A program made the translations under genes and the position numbers. 46,555 nucleotides of DNA from positions 1 to 46,555 of the forward strand of contig JAZAMN010000074.1 in assembly GCA_036229005.1 (NCBI GenBank), read 5' to 3'. Below, piece after piece: positions 38,795-46,555 of this stretch (the stretch's first letter is position 1; the number at the start of each line of letters is the position of its first letter). Source of the DNA: Myxococcota bacterium. Its GTDB lineage: Bacteria; Myxococcota_A; UBA796; CAJQPC01. Below the pieces are notes generated by a model. It saw only the letters and a program-made list of their open reading frames with translations. It had not been told where the DNA came from and ran no database searches.

Positions 38795-40372
38795 CTACGC
38801 TGAGGGCTCCTTGGGTGTGACAGCCTGCTTGGAAGATTCCCGCCAGTCCCACCCGGCGTGCAGGACCATGCCCGCCACGGCGGCCAGGCAGAGGTAGGAG
38901 AAGAGATCGCCGATCACGGCGTAGAGGGCGAACACGCGGCCCACCGGGGTCTCGACGACGCGGGCGACCTGGGTGAAGGGCTCGGTCTCGTTGCTGATGT
39001 CGCCGGCGGGGCTGACGTGCATGGAGACGCCGGTGTAGGCCAGGCGCACCATGGGGACGCCGTTCTCGATGCTGCGGATGGCCGAGAGCATGGCGTGCTG
39101 GTGGGGGGCGGCGGTGTCGCCGAACCAGCCGTCGTTGGTGACGTTGACGAAGAGGCTGGCGTCCGCGAGGTTGTCCCGGACGAAGGGCGCCAGGATGGCC
39201 TCGTAGCAGATGGGGGTGGTGACCTCGATGTCGTTGCCGCCGGCGTCCTGGACGATGAACTTGACCGGCACGGTGCCGGCCTCGAAGTCGCCCGGACCCT
39301 TGATCCACTCCTTGAGGATGGGGAAGGTGTCGGCGAAGGGCAGGTACTCGCCGAAGGGCAGGGGGACCATCTTGTCGTAGCGCTGGACGATCTCGCCCTG
39401 CTCGCTCATCAGGTAGATGGAGTTGCGCTGCTCGGTGTACTGGCGGCCGGTGACGGGGTCGACCATCTTCTCGGCGTAGCCGCCGCCAAAGAGGATGGGG
39501 GCCTCCAGGTTGCGGGTCAGGTTGCCCATGAGGTTCATGACCCGGGCGCCGCGGGGGTCGTAGGGGGTCGCGCCCTCGGGCCAGATCACCAGGTCGATGT
39601 CCTGACCGTCCAGCTTGGTGGAGAGCTGGTACCACTCCAGCATGGCTTGGCGGGCGGTCCCGCTCATGCGCTCCTCCATCGTGATGGACTGCTGGAGCTG
39701 GGTGACCCGCAGGGTGGGCTTCTCGGCCATCTGCGCGCGGACGCGCTGGGTGCGCACGGCGCCGAAGCCCAGGTTGGCCACAAAGAGCGCGGCGACGATG
39801 CCCAGGACCTTGACCGGGAGCTCGCGGCCCTCGCGCTTGGAGTAGATGAGCTCGGCGACCGCGGCGTTCGTGAGCAGCAGCAGGTAGGTCACCCCGCCGA
39901 TGCCCGTGACGCTGGCGAGCTGCACGGCCCAGGTGTTCCGGTACTGGGAGACGCCCTGGTAGTAGGGGAACAGGGCGGGGCCGGCGAACTCGACGGCGAC
40001 CATCAGCGCGGGCACGAGCGCGACCCACCAGCGGCCGTAGCGCTGGCGGATGGGGTGCACGAGGGTGAACACGATGGCGTAGGGGAGCGCGAAGGCCAGG
40101 GCGAAGAGCGCCAGGCACAGGTACGCGATGCCCACGCCCAGGTTCGAGAAGCGGATGATGCTCTCGGTCAGCCAGAAGAAGCAGCTCCCCACGCCGAAGA
40201 AGCCGGTGAGGTAGGCCAGCTTGAAGTTGCGGGGCCCCTCGCCCTCCTTGAGCGCCCAGAACATCGGCACGAAGGAGAGCCAGTGCAGCCAGGGGAGGCC
40301 GATGGGCGGGGAGATCAGGAGCAGCAACATCCCCGAGAGAACGGCGGCGAGCACCCTCAGCAGCCTATGCAC
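38795..40372 (-). CDS. lnt: Apolipoprotein N-acyltransferase
   Basis: Multiple TMs; WPEGA, YDK..PLPFGEY, ICYE and NVTNDGWFG (E-K-C triad); GTG at 40372 with GGAGG 5 nt upstream. Confidence 0.95.
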   Translation of the reverse strand: MHRLLRVLAAVLSGMLLLLISPPIGLPWLHWLSFVPMFWALKEGEGPRNFKLAYLTGFFGVGSCFFWLTESIIRFSNLGVGIAYLCLALFALAFALPYAIVFTLVHPIRQRYGRWWVALVPALMVAVEFAGPALFPYYQGVSQYRNTWAVQLASVTGIGGVTYLLLLTNAAVAELIYSKREGRELPVKVLGIVAALFVANLGFGAVRTQRVRAQMAEKPTLRVTQLQQSITMEERMSGTARQAMLEWYQLSTKLDGQDIDLVIWPEGATPYDPRGARVMNLMGNLTRNLEAPILFGGGYAEKMVDPVTGRQYTEQRNSIYLMSEQGEIVQRYDKMVPLPFGEYLPFADTFPILKEWIKGPGDFEAGTVPVKFIVQDAGGNDIEVTTPICYEAILAPFVRDNLADASLFVNVTNDGWFGDTAAPHQHAMLSAIRSIENGVPMVRLAYTGVSMHVSPAGDISNETEPFTQVARVVETPVGRVFALYAVIGDLFSYLCLAAVAGMVLHAGWDWRESSKQAVTPKEPSA

Positions 40373-40480
40373 CAACACCTCCACCAATCTGGGTTGGCAC
40401 CCTAACCACTCCCTGGGGGGGATGGGCTGGCCGAGCGAGGACAGGCGGAGTACGCTCACTCTGCCAGGGCCCCGAGGCGA

Positions 40481-41647
40481 ATGATGTGGACACTGTTGTT
40501 GTCGCTGGGGGGCGCTGCTGCGCTCGCTCAGCAAGCCCCCGCCGCTGACGCCGCCCCGGCGGTCGCCGGCCCCACCGACGCGGAGCTCCACGAGCTGGAG
40601 GCCCGCGCGCTCTACCAGGTGGGCCTGGAGCTGGTGATCAGCCGCCAGTACAGCGAGGCCAAGGCGGTGTTCGAGCGCATCCAGCGCGACTACCCCGGCA
40701 GCTCGGTGGCCACCGACGCGGCCCGGCAGCTCGAGGACTTGGCGATGCTGGAGACCCGTCGGCGGGGCCTGCAGAACCCGGCTGCCGCCGCCCGCGCGGA
40801 GCTGGTGATCGAGCAGACGGTGATCGGCGGGCTCTTCCTGGGGGCGCTCGTTCCGGGCAGCACCTGGCAGCCCTCCGAGCCGGGCCCGCCGGTGCTCCTG
40901 GGGCTGACGGGCGCGACCGCGGCTGGCGTGGGCAGCGCGCTGTTCGCCAAGAAGTACGAGCCCTCCACCGGGCAGGTGATGTCCCTGTTCACCGGCGAGC
41001 TGCTGGGGGCGGCCAACGGCTTCGCGCTCTCCGCGCTGAACCCCCCGCGGGACTACCGGGGGCTCTACCGCGAGACCCTGGGCGGGACCGTGCTCGGCGC
41101 GGCGGCCGGCAGCGCGGCGGCCTACTACCTGGATCCGGACGCGGGTCAGGTCGCGATGGTCAACTCCGGCATGCTCTGGGGCGGCTACTACTCGGCGTGG
41201 ACCTTCGCGTTCTGGGAGTCCAACGATCCCCGCTGGATCACGGTGCGCACGGTGGGCGGCATGGACGCCGGCGCGGCCATTGGCGCGGTCGCGGCGCACT
41301 ACTTCCCGGTCTCCCGCTCCCGCATGAACGTGATCAACCTGGCGGGCATGGCGGGCACGGCGGTGGCGGGTGGCGCGGCGATCCTGGCCAACTTCTACGG
41401 CAGCCTCTACGAGCCCGAGCCCACGGCGGCGGTGTTCCTGGCGGGCACCACTGCGGGGCTGGTCGCGGGCGCGGCGCTTACTCGGAACATGGACGCAGGA
41501 GACGACGCGCAAGCGGGCATCCCCGGCGGCGTCCTGGTGGGCGTGTACGGCGACAAGGTGGGCTTCGGCGTGCCGCTGCCCGCGGTCGTGGTCGGCCCGA
41601 ACGGGCAGGTCTCGGCCTCCATGCAGCTCGCGGCCGGGCGCTTCTGA
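40481..41647 (+). CDS. Secreted/membrane hypothetical protein: TPR-like helix pair plus Gly/Ala-rich hydrophobic helices
   Basis: Signal peptide; ARALYQ.G....QYSEA...FERI..DYPGS TPR-like; many GxxxG segments; C-terminal GRF. Confidence 0.7.
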   Translation: MMWTLLLSLGGAAALAQQAPAADAAPAVAGPTDAELHELEARALYQVGLELVISRQYSEAKAVFERIQRDYPGSSVATDAARQLEDLAMLETRRRGLQNPAAAARAELVIEQTVIGGLFLGALVPGSTWQPSEPGPPVLLGLTGATAAGVGSALFAKKYEPSTGQVMSLFTGELLGAANGFALSALNPPRDYRGLYRETLGGTVLGAAAGSAAAYYLDPDAGQVAMVNSGMLWGGYYSAWTFAFWESNDPRWITVRTVGGMDAGAAIGAVAAHYFPVSRSRMNVINLAGMAGTAVAGGAAILANFYGSLYEPEPTAAVFLAGTTAGLVAGAALTRNMDAGDDAQAGIPGGVLVGVYGDKVGFGVPLPAVVVGPNGQVSASMQLAAGRF

Positions 41648-41648
41648 G

Positions 41649-42641
41649 TCAGCCCGGGTTGTGCACGAACAGGGCCTCGAGCGCCGGCTTGAGGGCCCGC
41701 ACCTGCTCCCAGACCTTGGGGAGCTGCAGGGTGCGCTGGACCTCGGAGAGGTGTTCGGGGCCTCCCAGGGCGAGCGCGGTCTGGACCTCCAGCAGGGTGA
41801 GCCCGACCCCCGCCGGCACGCTGCCCACGGCGGCGAAGCGCTTGGCCAGCAGGTCGTTGCAGAGCACCGCGCGGAAGTAGGGCAGCCTGTCCTCGCCTTC
41901 GGGCAGCAGCGCAGAGATCTGCTGAGCGGCCTTGGGGAGCAGAGAGGTGGGGGCGGTGTTTCCGAGCACCCCGACACACCCCCTCAACCCCTTGATGAAC
42001 GCGGCCTCATCGGGCTCGGGCAGCGCCCGCGAGGTCACCTGGGTCAGCACGGAGCGCAGCTTGGCGGCGGCCTGGTGGGCACCTCCGTCCTGGAGCTTGG
42101 AGAGCAGGGGGGCCTCGAGCTGCAGCCAGTTGTCGGCGCCGATGGCCACGCCGGGGAGGATCTCCACGTGCGGCGCGGAGAAGCGCGGGTAGGGCACCGG
42201 CCGGGGGAGGCTCAGGGCGGCCTGGATCTGGGCATCCAGGGGGGCGCCGTCGGCGTGGCTCTCGTGGAAACCGCCGCAGTCGGCGCGCACGGTGGCGGTG
42301 ACTCCAGCGGCGTCCTGCACGATGCGGATGGGGTACTCGCGGCAGAACCAGGGCTTGGCGGATTCGCCGAGCAGGGCGTGCACGGCGCAGAGCTTGTCCT
42401 CGCGCAGGAAGACGCAGTGCCCGTCCCGGTGGGCCAGGGAGTAGATGGGCTGCTCGCCGGGGCCGGGGTGCTCGTGGAACCAGGGGCCCTCGGCGGCGGG
42501 GGGCCAATGCTGCTCGATGCCGGCGTCCTGGAGGCCCTGGATCACCTGGGGCTCGACGGGGCCGAAGGAGAAGCCCTGGCAGCAGCGCCCGCAGCCGCGG
42601 CAGGAGAAGCGCGCCTCGGGGAGCTGTCGGAGCTGGGTCAC
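41649..42641 (-). CDS. YkgJ/CxxCxxCC family cysteine-cluster (putative Fe-S/Zn) protein
   Basis: FSCRGCGRCC, GHCVFL...LCAVH, KPWFCREYP; GTGA coupling. Confidence 0.85.
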   Translation of the reverse strand: MTQLRQLPEARFSCRGCGRCCQGFSFGPVEPQVIQGLQDAGIEQHWPPAAEGPWFHEHPGPGEQPIYSLAHRDGHCVFLREDKLCAVHALLGESAKPWFCREYPIRIVQDAAGVTATVRADCGGFHESHADGAPLDAQIQAALSLPRPVPYPRFSAPHVEILPGVAIGADNWLQLEAPLLSKLQDGGAHQAAAKLRSVLTQVTSRALPEPDEAAFIKGLRGCVGVLGNTAPTSLLPKAAQQISALLPEGEDRLPYFRAVLCNDLLAKRFAAVGSVPAGVGLTLLEVQTALALGGPEHLSEVQRTLQLPKVWEQVRALKPALEALFVHNPG

Positions 42642-43612
42642 TCGGCCACGCTGGGCAGCGGGGGCTGGCCGGGGCCCATGTCCTCGGCCTCCATCATCCC
42701 CAGGATCTCGTCCCGGATGGCGCGGTTGTGGCGGATGGCGGCGTCGGCCGCGCCGTAGATGTTGCCGGAGTAGAAGCCCAGGCCAAAGAACGCGGTGGTC
42801 CCCAGGGCGGCCCAGTTCTCGTTGCGGGCGGCGTACACGCTGCCGGCGATGAAGAGCCCGTTGACGAACGCGGCGGAGAAGGCCTCCTTGGGCTGTCCGG
42901 CGTAGAGCTGCCCGGCGCCGGGGACCGCGCCGCTCAGGAAGGTGGCCACCACGGGGCGCTTCCACGCTGGCGGATCGGCGAGCATCGCGGAGAGCTCGGG
43001 CGAGGTCGGCACGCTGTGGCCCTCGAGCTGGGAGAGCGCCATGGAGAACTGGCCCTCGCTGGCCAGGCCGTAGGCGGCGCGGGCGGCGGCGTGGGCGGCG
43101 TAGCTGGAGTCGGGGTGCTGCTCCAGGAAGGCCTGGTACTGCACGACCCCCAGGCGGGGCGCGACCTCCAGCCAGGCGTTGGCCAGGGCGAGCTGCGCGA
43201 GCTCCCCGATCTCCTGGTCGGCGTACTCCCGGGAGAGGGCCTCCAGCTCGCTGTGGGCGCGGCCGCGGTCTCCACTCAGCTTGAGCTCGGCCAGGGCCGC
43301 CAGGTAGCGCAGCTCGGCCTGCTGATCGCCCTCGGACTCAAAGGCGGCCTCCAGGGCCTCGGTGCGCACGCCTTGGTAGTCGCCGTTGGCGTACAGGTGC
43401 AGCAGCAGGGGGAGGGGATCCTCCTGCTCGGGGGGGGAGATCTCCACCTCCTCCCAGGCCTCGCTCTGCGCGCCGGGGGGCTCACCCGGATCCATCGGCG
43501 AGGTGCTGCTGTCCGGCTCACCGACCTGTTCAGAGGCAGGCTTCGGCTCCGTCGTCTCGCTGGCTGCGGCAGTAGGAGCCAGAGAGCAGAGCGCCAGGAG
43601 CAATGTGATCAT
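42638..43612 (-). CDS. TPR-containing protein with a C-terminal TM2-like membrane domain
   Basis: Signal peptide MITLLLALCSLAPTAAA; Y..FLEQHPDS TPR-like; KRPVVA..LS..VPGAGQLYAG motif. Confidence 0.75.
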   Translation of the reverse strand: MITLLLALCSLAPTAAASETTEPKPASEQVGEPDSSTSPMDPGEPPGAQSEAWEEVEISPPEQEDPLPLLLHLYANGDYQGVRTEALEAAFESEGDQQAELRYLAALAELKLSGDRGRAHSELEALSREYADQEIGELAQLALANAWLEVAPRLGVVQYQAFLEQHPDSSYAAHAAARAAYGLASEGQFSMALSQLEGHSVPTSPELSAMLADPPAWKRPVVATFLSGAVPGAGQLYAGQPKEAFSAAFVNGLFIAGSVYAARNENWAALGTTAFFGLGFYSGNIYGAADAAIRHNRAIRDEILGMMEAEDMGPGQPPLPSVAE

Positions 43613-43931
43613 CGAGGGGATCCAGGAAGTGCAGGCCATCGGGGGCGCGCTCGAAGCCTTCGGTGTTGCCGTCTCGCAGCAGCCGATCGAAGGTCATCAC
43701 GAAGCCCCCCACGCCGTAGGTGGTGAAGGATTCCAGGGCGTAGGCCGAGCAGGTGGGCCGCATCGGGCAGCGCGGGCCGTCCCCCGGAGAGATCAGGTTG
43801 CGCCACCCCCAGTAGGCGACGTGCAGGCTGCCGCTGAGCAGGCCCTCGGACAGGTGCCGGTCGTCCTGGAGCATGCGCTCGGGGTCGGGCTCGGCGTTGG
43901 CGGTGCTGAGGGTGGCCAGGAGAAGGAGCAT
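43530..43931 (-). CDS. YidD (membrane protein insertion efficiency factor)-like protein with a signal-like N-terminus
   Basis: ISPGDGPRCPMRPTCSAYA....YG.......DRLLR, plus D-P near the C-terminus. Confidence 0.75.
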   Translation of the reverse strand: MLLLLATLSTANAEPDPERMLQDDRHLSEGLLSGSLHVAYWGWRNLISPGDGPRCPMRPTCSAYALESFTTYGVGGFVMTFDRLLRDGNTEGFERAPDGLHFLDPLDDHIAPGALLSGSYCRSQRDDGAEACL

Positions 43932-44000
43932 GGACCCAGGCTAACGCGCGGACCGGGCGCTGTGTTCCTTGGCCGGGCCTTGGGACCTGGGGCCCCAGAG

Positions 44001-44036
44001 CACGACAGCCCCGACCCGAAGGCCGAGGCTGCTGTG
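44001..44036 (-). terminator. Stem-loop 3' of groEL (C-UUCG-G tetraloop), probable terminator or stabiliser
   Basis: Minus strand CAGCCTCGGCC-TTCG-GGTCGGGGCTG, 11-bp stem with G-U pairs; weak U tail. Confidence 0.6.
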
Positions 44037-44053
44037 AGGGGGAGGGGAGGGGC

Positions 44054-45709
<1,656 letters not shown>

Positions 45710-45771
45710 TCAGACCTCCTGTAGGGGTTCGCCGAGCCCGTGCCCGGCGGGATGTGATGAAGAAGGGGTGT

Positions 45772-46059
45772 TCAGCCGATCACGGCCAGGATGTCCTTCT
45801 CGCGCAGCACGATGTGCTCGGTGCCGTCGAGCTTGAGCTCGTCACCGGAGTACTTGCCGAAGAGGATCTTGTCGCCGACAGCGACGCTCATCTCGGTGTA
45901 GCCACCGTCCTTCTTGCGGCGGCCGGGACCCACGGCGACCACCTCGGCCTCCTGGGGCTTCTCCTTGGCGGACTCGGGGATGAAGAGGCCGGAGGCGGTC
46001 TTCTGCTCGGCGGTCACGCGCTTGACGAGGACGCGGTCGTAGAGAGGGCGGAAGGACAT
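45772..46059 (-). CDS. groES: Co-chaperonin GroES
   Basis: [33 protein letters not shown] at 46059 with GGAG RBS. Confidence 0.98.
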   Translation of the reverse strand: MSFRPLYDRVLVKRVTAEQKTASGLFIPESAKEKPQEAEVVAVGPGRRKKDGGYTEMSVAVGDKILFGKYSGDELKLDGTEHIVLREKDILAVIG

Positions 46060-46109
46060 GAAGACTCCATTGGGACCCGCGGGGTCCGTGAGGGGTTGGA
46101 ACGTTCGGG

Positions 46110-46137
46110 CAGGTAGGCACGCCCCTACAGGCGTCAA
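46110..46137 (-). promoter_or_regulatory. Putative sigma70-type promoter of groES-groEL
   Basis: TTGACG-N16-TACCTG about 50 nt upstream of groES; the -10 is imperfect. Confidence 0.4.
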
Positions 46138-46204
46138 GCAGCGATCGCGCAAGTGGGACAGAGATGGCGTGGTTTTTTTGCCCTCCCAGAACCCGGTTCA
46201 ACGA

Positions 46205-46217
46205 TTTCAATTGGTTG
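46205..46217 (+). promoter_or_regulatory. Putative IHF-binding site
   Basis: TTTCAATTGGTTG matches WATCAANNNNTTR with one mismatch, immediately upstream of the -24 box, in a locally AT-rich patch. Confidence 0.45.
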
Positions 46218-46223
46218 CACGTG

Positions 46224-46239
46224 TGGCACGGGGGTTGCA
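46224..46239 (+). promoter_or_regulatory. Sigma54 (RpoN) -24/-12 promoter
   Basis: TGGCACG-GGGG-TTGCA is an exact match to TGGCACG-N4-TTGCW; predicted TSS about 46250. Confidence 0.8.
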
Positions 46240-46249
46240 TCACTCCCAG

Positions 46250-46386
46250 GCGAGGACACCACGGGTCTGATTCCCTGCCCTGACCTGGCCCGTGTTGAAC
46301 TCCGAGGAGCCCCGTCGAAATGGTTCGGCGGCTGTTCCTCGAAGCTTTACGGCGCGCACACCCTGGTGGGGGTGCGCGCTTTCTTT
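46250..46386 (+). ncRNA. Candidate sigma54-dependent small RNA (about 137 nt, three stem-loops)
   Basis: Bounded by the sigma54 box and an intrinsic terminator; SL1 46260-46294, SL2 46303-46341, SL3 46352-46379; no convincing ORF. Confidence 0.6.
46351..46386 (+). terminator. Rho-independent terminator
   Basis: GCGCGCAC-ACCC-TGGT-GGGG-GTGCGCGC followed by TTTCTTT. Confidence 0.8.
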
Positions 46387-46555
46387 GTATGGGGGTCTCG
46401 CGACCCCCCTGAGCCCCGGCGGAGCCGGGGCCACCCCCCGCGGGGAGTTCGGTCGGACGGGTGCGAGGCGTTCGGTCCTGCGCGTCGGCGCGGCTTTGCC
46501 GCTTCTTTGGCTTGGACCGACCGCCTCGGCCGCCCGAACTCCCGGGTCTCGGGCG

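Noticed and set aside
38795..41977. Apparent 1060-aa Lnt fusion (likewise the N-terminal extensions of CysQ, HutI and GroES in the ORF track)
   Set aside because: The extensions overlap other genes or intergenic DNA; RBS-supported internal starts give normal-length proteins.
46060..46260. CIRCE (HrcA) or sigma32 elements upstream of groES
   Set aside because: No TTAGCACTC-N9-GAGTGCTAA; only a half-site-like GAGTG, and TTGAAA has no correctly spaced CCCCAT.
46260..46294. Minus-strand GGCCAGGTCAGGGCAGGGAATCAG resembling SRP RNA helix 8
   Set aside because: Lacks the GNRA tetraloop and AGCAG motif; the promoter and terminator point to the + strand. A cmscan would settle it.
46320..46412. 30-codon ORF (MVRRLFLEAL...) with GAGGAG upstream inside the candidate sRNA
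   Set aside because: The SD is buried in SL2, the ATG sits in its small loop, and the ORF runs through the intrinsic terminator; no coding signature.

Overview
High-GC bacterial chromosomal window whose gene content (lipoprotein-rich envelope genes, a TolQ plus two TolR cluster, an ECF sigma/anti-sigma/caspase triad) suggests a Myxococcota-like organism; this is inference only. It contains about 35 CDS. Housekeeping genes are metG, a CysQ/IMPase, hutI, tatA, lnt and groES-groEL. Accessory genes include a MoxR-DUF58-vWA-vWA operon, many secreted or lipoprotein genes (beta-propellers, L-type lectin, DUF285 repeats, a beta-helix plus diheme cytochrome pair, Ig+vWA), and a radical SAM/SPASM enzyme directly downstream of a Zn-ribbon lipoprotein carrying a single VYG motif. 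I saw no rRNA, tRNA, CRISPR array or transposase. The most notable observations are: (1) an unannotated candidate sigma54-dependent sRNA of about 137 nt, divergent from groES, with a perfect -24/-12 box, an IHF-like site, three stem-loops and an intrinsic terminator (46205-46386); (2) a splicease-like rSAM/YG-lipoprotein pair (16110-17864); (3) very short signal peptides lacking a basic n-region across the window. All product calls come from motif recognition by eye; no database searches were run.
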